Below are positions 12,701 through 24,140 of a DNA stretch of 64,000 bases, one piece after another. The DNA comes from Eledone cirrhosa (taxonomy: Eukaryota), in the NCBI GenBank assembly GCA_964016885.1, contig OZ024746.1, positions 75,826,001 through 75,890,000 of the forward strand, read 5' to 3'. Position numbers and translations under genes: made by a program. Within the stretch, counting starts at the first letter, position 1. The number at the start of each line of letters is the position of its first letter. A model generated the notes under the pieces. The model was not told where the DNA came from. It ran no database searches and saw only the letters and a list, made by a program, of their open reading frames with translations.

Positions 12701-15700
12701 GGTCAGTAGCTTCATTTGACTACTGACTTGTCTTCTCTTCACATGAGAAATACGGTAAAGAAGGGGTTAAGTAATGAATATTAATCTTTTACCTGTGCTT
12801 TTGGTTGTCTCAATGTTAGCAGATCAGCTGCTTCTTTTGCTGCCGCACGAGCTTGTGCTAAAATTTCTTCAGGGGTCATATTATCAGGAATTGCTTCAAA
12901 TCGACTCAAGCTGGTATGGAAATGTGTTAAAAAAATAAATAGAAGGATTAACTCTTTTGGTACCAACTTGCCTCAGACCCCCTTGGTTTTATGATATAAT
13001 CATTCTTGTTTTAAAATGTTCATATTCAAATTAAAACCTCCATATCACAATTTTATGTAAGAACCTTTTAAGTTATGCTCTAAATATATTAGAATGAAAA
13101 AAAAAATTATTTTATTAAACCTCTCAAAAGTCATAATTATTTAAAACATTAAATAAAACACATAAGGGGTGCATTTCCTTAGAAATATATTCCTAAAGAC
13201 ATTTAAACATGCAAATATTTAAACTTCCTTAATGAGACTGAAAAATATGTAATAGTTAAACTAGAAAAGAATTGTTACAAGAGATTTAAACAGTTACACT
13301 TTTACCTTGCTTTTTGCTTCTTGTGTTTCTTTTCTTTGGAATGCTGATCATCTGTGACTGAATCAAAATTATCATCATTGACACCAATAATGTTATCTTC
13401 ATTTTCATCTTCTAGGCCAAGTTCCTCCATTGTCAATTCAGTCATAAAATTGAGGTTACGCTTCATACCGAGAAGGTTCTCCTGAACAATGGAAATATTT
13501 TATAGATGACAAAACAATGAAGTTAAATATATTTCTGTTCAAAACAATAGAACAAGTATATGTATAATAATATAGATGTGGCTTGTTCATGTGTTCTATA
13601 TTTTTGCATGGTACCATGTCAAAATATGGTACATATGATCAAGATGTGATTCTCCAACCTGTGTAATCTCAGACTATAACAACCATTCCAACCCATAGTA
13701 GCATGGAAAGCAGGCATAAATAATGATTGTTTCTACTTTAGGCACAAGGCTAGCAATTACCCAGTGCATTACTGGTACTTTATTTTATCGACCCCGTAAG
13801 GATGAAAGGCAAAGTCAACCTCGGCGGGATTTGAACTCAGATCGTAAAGGGACGTAACTATGCTGGAAAGCATGGCGTCCGACCCTCTACCGATACTGCC
13901 AATCCACCGCCTTTGTTCATAAATAAATAATGATGATGGTGATGTAGCTTCTTCAAATAAAGCGAATCTAACTATTTTTATGAGGATAGTCACTCCACAA
14001 TCTAATCCCCAGAAAATAGCATCAAGTGTTAATATAATGAATGGTAATTTTATGAAACTCAACTTTCCAATTAAGAGAATGAGTTAACTCTTAATGTCTT
14101 TTACCACATGAAACCACATTAGCAAGACATTCTTGAAAAAATGAAATGGCACTAAACTGAACTGAATCACATTAATACTGCAGATTTTCATACTGATCTG
14201 TCCACTATTAATTGAGATAATATTAGCATTTGAATTAACAAACCCACATTTAGATATTTTCTACTTAATTATTACAGAATGTTAAGAGTTAAAGAACAAA
14301 ATACAGTAAAGCTAGTGAAGAAGTTACTTGAACCAGTGAGAGAACTTGTATAAAGTTGCTTGACTGACTCACTGATGTAGCCAAACCACTCAGAATTCCT
14401 GTAAGACAGAATGATGGAGCTACTTGAAAACCTCTCTCAACACCCTGTACGAGAATGAGGGAGCTACTAGAAAACCTCACACAACTCCTGTAAGATAGAA
14501 TGAGGGAACTACTTGAAAACCTCTAACAATTATTGTAAGACAGACATTTAGGTATAAACTCTTCTCAAAGACACACAGTTATTGCACTTCTCTAACAAAA
14601 TGGTTTTATCTTTTCATAGGAAAGAAATATGTGTAGACCAAAATTTCAATTTAGTTCTTTGCAGTTATTGAATGGAATGTAATCAGACTCCTACCTTGCT
14701 CAATTGTTTTACTCCCATGTGAAGTAAACGTCTTGCTTCTTTATAATAAATAGTCTCAGGTCTGTTGTAGATCATAGCGTTCTGACACATAAGAATAAAA
14801 TCTTTCTGCAAAAAGAAACAGAAATAAATTGATTTAAAGGTAGATAAATAAGAACATCATACATATATATATATATTAAAAGTGAACACATTGTCTAAAA
14901 ATAGTCTAATTTTCCCAATCAGTGGTAGAGCTAAATTAATTTTGGTTACTCGATGAGCCAGAATTTGCAGTAAGCATGGACAAGTGGATGTAAAATGGTG
15001 ATAATAATATAAGTAATGAAGAAATGCAACAATGAACAAGTTATAACTTACTTTGAATTCTTTTGTGCTAGCATACTCTTCGTCATCTACTTTAGAAAGA
15101 ATTGTGCTGAAATCCATGGGCTTTTGAATGATACTTGAATAACCGGGAGCAATGACATCATTGACAGGAAAGGCAAAGAAACCATGGGTATCTTTCCTAT
15201 GAAAGAAAGAAGAAAAAAAGAAAAAATATAAGCATGGGAATAAAAACACGAAATTGAATTGTTTAGCCTTAGATCAACATTTGAGCAGACCTATGATCAA
15301 AAGCATTTCAGATATGTCAACTTTTTCCCTAGAAATTGTGTATCAAGGACTACTTGAGTGAGATTTGGTTGTTATTTCTAGCAGGTCAAACAGCTGCACA
15401 GAAAAAAGTGAGACAATTCTGGCCAGGTATGGCTGGTTTAAATGCTAAAGGGTTAAAGTATCAGCTAATCAAATATTCTGTTTTGATTGGCAGCAGGACT
15501 CTTCCAAAATACAACAATATCTGTTCCAACACACAATTTCACATGTTAAAATAATAATTACCTTTGAAATTGCTTTGTCATATACTTAAGGAACGTCTTC
15601 ATGTTGTTGGGTTCCTCTTCTTGGTTAGACAGTTTCATCCGTTTTTCAATTGGCTCATCATCTTCAGCTTTGTCTGGAGGAATTGGTGTGGAGGTAGGAG

Positions 15701-18700
15701 GTGACAAAAATAATTGTTTTGCAGCAGGGGAGGAGTATGGTGGAGAATGTGAATGTAATTCCGATTCATATTCATCACGCTCCCTTTTATGTGGCCGTCC
15801 CTGAAAATTTATTTTTCACTGATTAATATCCATAAAATTTATTTAACTATTTAATTTTTATAATAATGACTTTACAAGAACTTGTATTCAGTTTCTTTGA
15901 AAAAAACCAAAACAAAACAAAAACCCCAATGGAAGGAAATTGCAGTAGAGTAAGACTGAGAAAGACCTGGGCAGAAGTGGTGAGAATTGATCTCAAAACC
16001 TTTAAGAAGAAATGACAAAAGAACACAATAATTAGAGGCAGGTTGTGCTGGAAACAACCCATCCAAGCATAGAAAAGTGGACATAAAAAGATGATGATGA
16101 TGATGATGATGAAACAAATACACATATTTATATTCAGAATATTCATAACAAAAACAAAGGAGCCAATTTTCAGATTGGACCAAAAAAATTGTTTCCATTG
16201 CTAATACTCTTTGTCGGTTGCAATTGCCGACAAAAGGAGGCAGGATTTGAACTTAAAATGCAGAGCTGGATCAGATACCACAAAGTATTCCACCTAACTC
16301 TTTAACAATTCTGCCAATCCACTGCCATCGAATGGACGAAAGATAATGTTAATCTCGACAGGATTTGAACTCTGAGCACAGAGAGTCAGAACACATTTAA
16401 TCTGATGTCCCACCGACTCTGCCATTTTGCATCTTTGGAAATTCTATTCATTATGAAATATATAAGGGAGGAACAAATTTGTGACACAAAAGACCAAAAT
16501 TATTACTGCAAAATGAATTCTCACAAATGCATACTTCTTTTTAAGATATTTACTGTTTAGGATATGTAAGGTGGGACTTTGATGGTAGGTGTTACACATG
16601 AAAAATTACAAGAAAATCAGTTATATCATTAGATAGCTAAAACAGCTGTATCATTATATAGTTAAATGGGTCAGGGGATTATACCCTAATCCACATTCCT
16701 TAAGAAAATAACTGACAAGAAAGACAGATATATAAATCATGTATTTATACATACATCTTCATGGTGTCTGTGTTTCTCCTTTTCACTGGATTTTTTCTTT
16801 TTCTTCTTCTTATGTTTGTGCCTCCGTTCTTCAGTGTCCCCAGTATAAACTTCGGGTACTGGCTCAGTAACTTTTAATACCAATTTTAGTGGTTTCTCAG
16901 ATGGTTTCTCTGAAAAAACAGAAACAGATTTTGATAGAATGAAATTTTTTTTCATGAAAAAATGAGCAAATGGTTCATATTAGTGATATACTGATAAGGA
17001 AATTGATGAACTACTAATTAATCAACCTTGCCTTATTGATTGAGAGACTGATTATTCATCTGCTGTTTATCTATCATATAATGTAATTATGTGTTATGAT
17101 ATGAAAATTCATATTATAATTATTTGTAGGTAATCATCATCATCAATATTTCATAATTAATCACAAATTGAGTGCATATGATGGCAATATGAGGTTGATT
17201 TTGCCCAAACGAGCCTGCAAGCAATTGGCTATGCTCTGAGAATGAAGAAATTTTAATGTTTTTCCATTGTAATTTATGAGTTCTTAAATTTGATTATAAA
17301 ATTTTATTTTTTGTTTGAGTAAATTAAGATAACAGGAATTGTTGTTATTGGAAAATGTTTGAACGTCTTAAAATAAATAAGTAATGGGAATTTTTATCAT
17401 TTTAAAATTAATTCCTTTTTAAAAGATCTATTATACACATATCCTCTTAAGTAGGTAGGAGAGTCATTCTACTTTCACACCCTTTAACATACAGGGAGTT
17501 AGGTCCCCTGGGCAGTCCCAAGTAATTCCCTATTGTGTAAATTAGAGTGTTTGAGCACTAGGAACAGAGTTGTATTACACTGGTGGGCCTTGATTCTGTG
17601 TCCTTCTCAAATACTAATTTTATACTTCTAAACTATCTATATTTTAACCCTTTTGATACTAACTCAGCCAAAACCAGCTCTGGTTCATTTTAAAGGATAC
17701 CTACTTAAATTGAAATTTAGTGACACGACAAAAAGCATCCAATCTATCGGGTACTACAAAGAAAAAGCATCAAGACCACCCTGTCTGATGGTCCCTTTGG
17801 TGCCACGATAAAAAGCACCCAGACCATACTGTAATGCAGTTGGCGTTATGAAGGGCTCTGAATGTTTCAGTCCCCAGGTATTTCAACATAATAATACATG
17901 GGTCTTATATAAAATTATGTTGGAAAATTTAAATTTAAAATAGAAACCCTTTGACCATATTTCTCATGAAACATACACTATTTAAACTAATTAACAAAGA
18001 ATTCTGAGGGATTTACTAAAATTATCAATTAAATATTAGTTTACAAATGAAATAATTAAAGATTTTAGTAAATTCCTCAAAATTCTTCATCAACTAAATT
18101 AAATGGAGTTAGAGTCAAAAGGATTTAAAATTAACCTGGCTAAGACCAAAGTTCTAGTTTGTAGGAAAGAAAACAAGGCGGCGGTCCCTTCTGGGAAATG
18201 GTCGTGCTCGGTGTGTAGGAAAGGCGTAGGTAGAAACTCCATTTTATGTCCTAAATGCAAAGTATGGGTGCATAAAAGATGTAGTGGGATCACAGGTAAG
18301 CTAACTAAGAACATAGATTTTACATGTGGCCGGTGTTCTGGTGCAATAAGTAGCAGCAAGTGCCCACAAAATACTAGCTCTTTCAATTGCGCAGAGGGTT
18401 CTATAGAAATAGTGGACAGCTTCCGTTACCTGGGCGATAAAATCAGCAGTGGGGGAGGGTGCTCTGAAAGTACTGTAGCTAGAGTCAGAACTGGTTGGAA
18501 AAAGTTCAGAGAGCTTATACCACTATTAGCTGCCAAAGGGTTCTCCCTAAAAATGAAAGGCAGGTTGTACGATGCCTGCATACGAACAGCAATGTTGCAT
18601 GGTAGTGAGACCTGGGCATTGTGTGCAGAGGATATACGCAGACTAGAGAGGAACGAAGCTTGCATGCTCCGCTGGATGTGTAACAGTAATATACGTGAAC

Positions 18701-21700
18701 GGCAAAGCATAAACGAACTAAGGAAAAAATTAGAGATAAGAGGGATCAGATGTTGTTTACTCGAGAGAAGGCTGCGTTGGTATGGACACGTGATGCGCAT
18801 GAAAGTCGATAGCTGTATAACAAAGTGCAGGGCAATAAAGATAGACGGTAGCCACGGAATAGGCAGACCTAGAAAAACATGGGTTGAGCTGATAAACTCC
18901 GACCTCACACACTTACACCTCTCCAAGACAATGTCACTGGACCGAGACCTTTGGCGGTACTCAGTAACAGAGAAGACCCGCCTTGCCAGTAGGCATCTCT
19001 AACAAAATACACCCCGTCCCGCCACCACCCCCACCCCATCCACACCACCCCGTTCTATGTAAAGTTATGTTGGTGCCGCGCCATCCAGGCCGAAACAAAT
19101 GAGATCGTGTAGGTGTCACGACAAAAAAAACACACAGTCCACGCTGTAATGTGGCCGTGTAGGCAACACGGTAAAAACCTCCCAGACCCACACTTTAAAT
19201 GTGGTTGGTGTTAGGAAGGGCATCCAACTGTAGAAAACCTGCCAGACAGTCCTATGCGAACAAGACAATCACTCTTGCCTCAAGTGGGACTACCCCCGTC
19301 CAAACCCATGCAAGCGTGGAACACGGACGTTAAACGTTGATGATGATGATGATGATGATGATATTTCATTAGAAATGCAGTCTAGAATGTTGACTGCTAT
19401 TTATTTGATGAAATGTGAAGTTGACTTTAGTGGATTTGAAGTTAGAACATAAAGGGATGTAAATAGATATTGATGTTTAAAATTGATGCAATGACACACA
19501 TTTTGAGAGAGGATATGGTTGATTAAATTTATTCAGTACTTGACTGATACTGTATTTTCTTGACTCCAGAAAGATGAAAGGCAAACTTGACCTAGACAGG
19601 ATTTGAACTCAGAACATAAAGGGCTGTAACAATTTATTGCAAGGCATTTAACCATCTCTGGTATTCAATCACCCTTAATTTGAAAATAATAAAATTCTAA
19701 AGATTAACTAATGATTCTCACCAAACTGTCTACAAACCCTACTGAAAACAAGACATCGACACCATGCACACCCTTGTGCTTTTGCTCTTTTCCTCCCCTC
19801 ACCACTCTTGCATAATTTCCCTTCCATTTTGCCTATTGCGCACAACATATGTCCACTCTTCTCTTGATAACCCTATCATCAGTCTTACTTTCCATATCCC
19901 AATCTCCAAAAGAGACATCAGGTACTTGGCCATCATAAATGGGTTGAACTCTTCACTTGTTTCACCCAGGTTCCCCATGTTGAATTTTAAAAGGAGTGTC
20001 CTTTTATGCATGGGATACTTTATGCTGTGCCCTGTTCATATGTAATCATACTCAACATGCGTTCCTTTTTTTAGGCAGTGTCAGATGCCTTTCCTGGTAG
20101 CAACTTCCTAGGAAGTTTCTTGGGTGTTTTTTATGATAGAAACCTCAGTTTTATTATGCTGCCATTTTTATGAGTGCCGGAATAGATACCATACGGTATC
20201 CTGTCTGATGCTCTAACACCTCTACTAATTTACTGCCCTAGACTAGTACTTTATTTATCAAAATCTGAATGAACCAAAGACAAAATTGACCTTGGTTTGA
20301 TTTGAACTCAATGCAGAGCAAATATTGGAAGGCATTTAATACATTTGGTACCAACCAAATAAAAACCACCTTGGATTTATTATACTGAACCACTAATTTT
20401 AAGAAGTTTATCATCATCATCATTTTAATGTCTGCTTTCCCTGCTATCAGGGGTTGAATGGGTTTACATAAACCAAATCAGTACTGAAATGGGGCTATTG
20501 ACATCCCAGACAAGCTAGGGACCTGTTCATCTCATGTATGGTCCCATGTTTTACCAAGTGCACAGGAGAGGTTGTCATGTCTTTATCCTTATATTAAAAT
20601 CGTCCATCATAATTTTATTTTAGATATTTTTGTTAAGTAATGAAAAACAGTTATTTTATTGAATTTCCAAATTTTGGGTTATTTTCAAAATTAATTGAAA
20701 GCCATAGGCAGTGTATTTTATTAGAAATATGGTAATGGAAGGGTTAATCATATAACATTAAGACAAGTATAATACTTTAGATAACGGGAGTTTACATAGA
20801 TTCCATACCTGTTTAAGAATCAATTATTTATTTCCCATAAATAATTAATGAATATTATACAATCAAAAGTATCTAATAATTGTATATAATGTAAATACAG
20901 TGTTTTCATGTGAAGGCACATGGCCATATGGTCACTACACCAATTTTTAAATATATTTAAGCAACAACACCGAAATTCTTGAAAATTCAATAAATACGTT
21001 TCTTTTCTCTCGTAACATTACTCTATAAATTGCTATTTTAAAGTCACACATTAGGTCACATTCATCACAGTACTTTAGGCACAAGGTAGGCATTTTGGGA
21101 GGAGGGAAAATTTGATTACATCAACTTCAGCATGTGTGCTTTATTATTATTGTTATAAGGAAAGCTCATATTTTTTGTTACCAAATTGCAATGCATAGGA
21201 TTAATGCATCGTTCTATAAACAGTAGACAACGAAGAATTTAGAAATATTTTCAGAATTTTATCGAAAATACAACAAAATATGAGTGCATCAAAGATTTTA
21301 GTTAATAATAAACAACTGCTAATCAAATAAGTTTAATGGTAAGCATAATTTAGTATCATTTTCATTTCTCAAGTCTTTAAAAAAATAGGTCGGAAATCGC
21401 ATTCTTAAACAAAGCAACGTATTTTTTTTAATGTTTTTTTTCTCTTTCTCTAAAGAACTCAGTTTTTACAAAGCACTGCTAGAAATAATTATTCTTAACT
21501 CTCAATTAAAAACAAACTTAATTTGCTAATAACAGAAAAATAATTTGATATTTTAAAATAAGAGATAGGACATAACAGATGTATCCATTGTTTTGCGGAA
21601 TAGTTAAAGATCTCCACAAGCTTTAAAGAATCGGAGCATTTTGATAAGATCTGATAAACTTTTAGATGCAAATATATGAATTTTTAGATATACTTACCTT

Positions 21701-21755
21701 CGAGCTCGAGTATTTTCTTATCAGATTTATGATGCTTCTTGTGTTTTTTCCCCAT
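3476..21755 (-). CDS. BRD7: Bromodomain-containing protein 7/9 (BRD7/BRD9 family, SWI/SNF subunit), 16 coding exons, 692 aa
   Basis: Joined exons: 21755-21698, 16909-16755, 15800-15562, 15196-15052, 14805-14695, 13481-13306, 12910-12793, 12506-12434, 11380-11270, 10443-10308, 9751-9640, 7659-7570, 6539-6458, 6148-5990, 4446-4406, 3748-3476 (2079 nt). All introns are GT-AG with consistent phases. N-terminus MGKKHKKH..EKPLKLVLKV; bromodomain RKDTHGFFAFPVND..APGY..II..PMDF..MCQNAMIYNRPETIYYK; DUF3512-type YLNYGPFSSYAP.FDS.FAN. Invertebrates typically have one BRD7/9 co-ortholog, so 7 versus 9 is nominal. Confidence 0.95.
3805..4305. mobile_element. Two inverted copies of an abundant ~230-250 bp piggyBac-like MITE
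   Basis: Ends TTAA-CCCTTT..AAAGGG-TTAA. Further copies at about 10855, 12947, 20590, 43950, 44776, 45816, 50445, 50609, 57230, 59980 and 62000. Confidence 0.7.
4406..4446 (-). CDS. BRD7: BRD7/9 exon 15
   Basis: ANKVTQELRELAKQ; TTTCAG/GTAAAT. Confidence 0.88.
5990..6148 (-). CDS. BRD7: BRD7/9 exon 14
   Basis: LQQKLDYTAGLIQDLHSTQHDRLSAKPPVHL..GPS; GTGAGT donor. Confidence 0.92.
6458..6539 (-). CDS. BRD7: BRD7/9 exon 13
   Basis: DVDFESLKTLSSDLGMDLSFLD; GTAAGT donor. Confidence 0.9.
6690..6930 (-). mobile_element. Old RTE-clade LINE fragment (RT N-terminus), second family
   Basis: LKCGKSTGGNKIRPEMLKALNRGGILW.TRV..VAWISGKAPKQWQ. Confidence 0.7.
7570..7659 (-). CDS. BRD7: BRD7/9 exon 12
   Basis: RKKEESKKQAQAAAELDQ..; GCAG/GTAACT, phase 0-0. 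Confidence 0.8.
7854..8020. mobile_element. hAT (Charlie/Buster-type) MITE
   Basis: CAGGGTTTCCCAAA..TTTGGGAACCATTG imperfect TIRs; TSD aaCTAGAC/ttCTAGAC. Confidence 0.75.
8290..9440 (+). mobile_element. Degenerate RTE LINE AP-endonuclease region
   Basis: DLCCVQETRWRG, GVGILL-like, RVNDRIIKL, IISAYA.Q, IIAGDFNG.VG, QIDFIL; interrupted by a MITE. Confidence 0.85.
8909..9130. mobile_element. hAT MITE with perfect 8-bp TSD
   Basis: CAGTGGCCCCCAACC..GGTTGGGATTGCTG; TSD CACTAGAC at 8901-8908 and 9131-9138. Confidence 0.85.
9640..9751 (-). CDS. BRD7: BRD7/9 exon 11
   Basis: MVDNLLDVLTNGEHSR; TAAG acceptor, GTAAGG donor. Confidence 0.93.
10308..10443 (-). CDS. BRD7: BRD7/9 exon 10 (DUF3512 core)
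   Basis: VTYLNYGPFSSYAPSFDSSFANITKEESDMLMTTYGDETGVQYAKS. Confidence 0.95.
11270..11380 (-). CDS. BRD7: BRD7/9 exon 9
   Basis: VNLGALASKLTNGTGVLTGFKEDKRNKISP. Confidence 0.92.
12434..12506 (-). CDS. BRD7: BRD7/9 exon 8
   Basis: YGFLRRRKDGSTSLTILNP; TAAG acceptor, GTAAGG donor. Confidence 0.9.
12793..12910 (-). CDS. BRD7: BRD7/9 exon 7
   Basis: FEAIPDNMTPEEILAQARAAAKEAAD; CAG/GTAAAA. Confidence 0.9.
13306..13481 (-). CDS. BRD7: BRD7/9 exon 6
   Basis: ENLLGMKRNLNFMTEL..; CAG/GT sites, phase-consistent. Confidence 0.88.
13726..13911 (-). mobile_element. tRNA-derived SINE, well-preserved copy (related copy at 33822-34012 +; many decayed copies)
   Basis: A-box-like TGGCAGTATCGG, B-box GAGTTCAAATC, central GCCTTTCATCCTTACGGGGTCGATAAAATAAAGTACCAG. 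Confidence 0.75.
14084..14292. mobile_element. TTAA-flanked MITE, second family (related copy about 60462-60679)
   Basis: TTAACTCTTAA..TTAAGAGTTAA termini; shared internal CATTAGCAAGACATTCTTG. Confidence 0.6.
14388..14545. repeat. Degenerate ~45-bp tandem repeat, 3-4 units
   Basis: Recurrent CTGTAAGAYAGAATGAKGGARCTACTWGAAAACCTC. Confidence 0.7.
14695..14805 (-). CDS. BRD7: BRD7/9 exon 5 (bromodomain, conserved Asn)
   Basis: KDFILMCQNAMIYNRPETIYYKEARRLLHMG. Confidence 0.95.
15052..15196 (-). CDS. BRD7: BRD7/9 exon 4 (bromodomain ZA loop)
   Basis: RKDTHGFFAFPVNDVIAPGYSSIIQKPMDFSTI; GTAAGT donor. Confidence 0.95.
15562..15800 (-). CDS. BRD7: BRD7/9 exon 3
   Basis: CAG acceptor, AG|GTAATT donor, open frame GRPHKRERD..TFLKYMTKQFQR. 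Confidence 0.88.
16755..16909 (-). CDS. BRD7: BRD7/9 exon 2 (EKPSEKPLKLVLKV..KHKKKKKKK, NLS-like)
   Basis: TTTCAG acceptor, GTATGT donor, conserved KPLKLVLKV. Confidence 0.93.
18110..19362 (+). mobile_element. Young 5'-truncated RTE-clade LINE (copy 1): RT C-terminus with PHD-type finger, 3'UTR, (GAT)n tail
   Basis: Uninterrupted ORF KINLAKTKV..C4HC3..FRYLG..MLHGSETW..RRLRWYGHVMR..GRPRKTW; nearly identical to copies 2 and 3. Confidence 0.93.
21698..21755 (-). CDS. BRD7: BRD7/9 coding exon 1 (MGKKHKKHHKSDKKILELE)
   Basis: ATG at 21755; donor G|GTAAGT; matches the BRD7/9 N-terminus. Confidence 0.93.
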
Positions 21756-22450
21756 TCTTCCCAACTTGAATTATTATATCAAGAAAAACAAGCCGGGGTC
21801 CCTATTAAAATCAGACCTGCGTACAATGAACTTGATTACTTGTCGCCTAAAAAAAATAGTTCCATGTAACCTTGAAGATTATTCATTACTGTATTTTTTC
21901 TTCTTATTTTCTCCATAAGGTAAATAAATAAAAGTTTCAAAATATTTATTTTATAAAATAAAATACTTATTTCATATTTTACTTATTTTCTCCTTCTGAA
22001 GTTATATATGTATGTATAGAATTATATTTACAATGAAAAGTTTACACCGGTTATAGTTTTGCAGCAGTCTAATTTTGGTTCCTTTCGAAAGCAAAAATAA
22101 TCTTTTGCTGCTTATATCATTATTTATCACAATATTACATTACAATTAATTTCAAAATGTGTTACTTTTATTTAAATTTCGAAACAAATTCTCATCTTAT
22201 AGTTTTGCGATAGACCATAAAATGCCAGGTAAATTGTACTGAAATGGTTTAAATTTGTTTTGAAAATGAGGAATATAACTACAATGTAAGTTTTACATTT
22301 TAAAACAAGGATAATAATGAAAATATTTCGTCTTATTAACTCTGTTTCTTCATAACCAATATTCACTATTCAAATATCGTTAATACATTTGAAGGTCGTA
22401 TCTAAACTTGTACTATACCGCACGTTGGCTGAATGTAAACATTATGAAAT
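21756..22450. promoter_or_regulatory. Probable bidirectional promoter shared by BRD7/9 (-) and COX11 (+)
   Basis: The genes diverge from here. CpG density is visibly raised over about 21.4-23.2 kb relative to the CpG-poor introns, and recognisable repeats are scarce. TSS positions cannot be determined. Confidence 0.55.
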
Positions 22451-23879
22451 TGAAGTATTTTATTTATTACTATTTTTAAATTATTGTTATTTTATGCAAT
22501 TAATTATATTTATCTGCGTGGTTGTTATATAAATTATATATTTTCAATCGAATTAGTTGGTATATTTATTTTGTCATTCATGGATTTATCGGATAAACGG
22601 TGCTTTTTCTTGCGCAAACTAAAGACGTGTCACTCATTGTGTAAACTAAACATCTCGTTCTTCGTTGTAGTAAAGTATTTATTTACTTCTAATAAAGTTT
22701 TCTCTTTTTATTTAGCGCACTCGTGGAATTCTATGTTTGTTATTCTTTGAACTTTCTCGATATTTTTGGCTCCAAAGTCTATCACTTATCAGTTATAAGA
22801 TCTTAAATGGAGCTTTGCAATTACAATTTGATTCTTGGATAAATAGATATAATATATACTCAAGCGGTTAAATTTACTAAAAACAACGATGTCATCAATC
22901 AGAAAATAATGTTAGTGTTGAAAATTGAATTAATTCTTCACAACTGATTTATATCTGTTTCTTTCGAAATGACTTTTTGAAATCGTATCTCGGTTTTACA
23001 ACGAACACGTGTTTGTTATGATGTTAAACGATGTATAAGATATTGTCCGTGTGTTTTACTTTTTACCAGGGTCGTATTATTCTTAAGGTTGACTAGGCTT
23101 CAGCCTAGGAGCCCATCAAATATTTCCCCCTGTAGTAAGGTGAAAGACTGAAGTGTCAGTGAGGGTCCGACATACATTATAGCCCAGGTGCCGGACCATG
23201 GGTTAAGAGTACTTTTAACAGTATTTAACAAAACTGTTTATGTGATTTTTATTTATATTTGTTACTTTTACTCATCGTGTATGATTTATTATTTATCTGA
23301 AATGCTTTGTCATATACAAAAAAAAAAAAAAATGTTTTTACTTTGTAACTCCAAATACTTAAAATATGCTGCTAGTGCACGGAATCCTCAATTTAGTTTC
23401 AATTCTAATACCTTATGTCACTAATATCATTGGTAATGTCCCACTAACACGTTTTCGTTCTAACACATAGGAGAAAGGTTCAAACAAGTCAAATAAATCT
23501 GATGTCATGAGGAAGAACAGACATCTAACGTTTCTAATCCTTCCTTGGAGTCCCACTCCACACACCTTAGTGAAATATCCAATAGATGTAACTGATGCAA
23601 AATAAGGTGGTTTGTTCTTAGCTAATAACTTCTCTTGTAGTTATCACATTAACAAAATTATATCTGTGGTTCCATATCTTTTGCACAATCCAAAAATACA
23701 TAAATCATCCAGGGTCGCTTGTTCAGCAAGAAATAGTCATAAATTTCCCTCACAAACAACAATCTTTAAAAAATGGAGGACATATAAACGAATGGGGGGT
23801 TATTGTCGGAACACTTCTGGTTCTACGCCTGTTTGATCAGAACTGACCCCCCCCCCCCCCAAAAAAAAAAACCCAACCC

Positions 23880-24140
23880 CAAACGCTTCTTATCCAAGTT
23901 GATCCTATCTGAAACTAACTTAGCTGAAATTCTTTCTGACACTTTTAATACTGAATCTATCATTTCAAGATCTTTGTAATTGCTTCTATCCAATGCCTCT
24001 CCATTGCTCTTGTAACAGTTTACAATGATACTGTTATAGTTATGCCTGCCATTTGGGATAACCCCTTTCTGTCTTACACAATTATTTAAACAAATGACTA
24101 GCATAATTGTTGCTTTCATCATCTCAGCAACTATCCGTGA
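23880..24140 (-). mobile_element. Old RTE LINE RT fragment
   Basis: SIIVNCYKSNGEALDRSNY aligns to SIIVNCYKGKGDALDRSNY in copy 2. Confidence 0.75.

Noticed and set aside
18426-18926. 166-aa antisense ORF (also 34797-35171, 35211-35612)
   Set aside because: Shadow frames of the RTE ORF with no independent protein signature.
22222-22228. ATG CCA G|GTAAAT as the COX11 start exon
   Set aside because: Phase 1; spliced to 26553 it reaches a stop after 9 codons.
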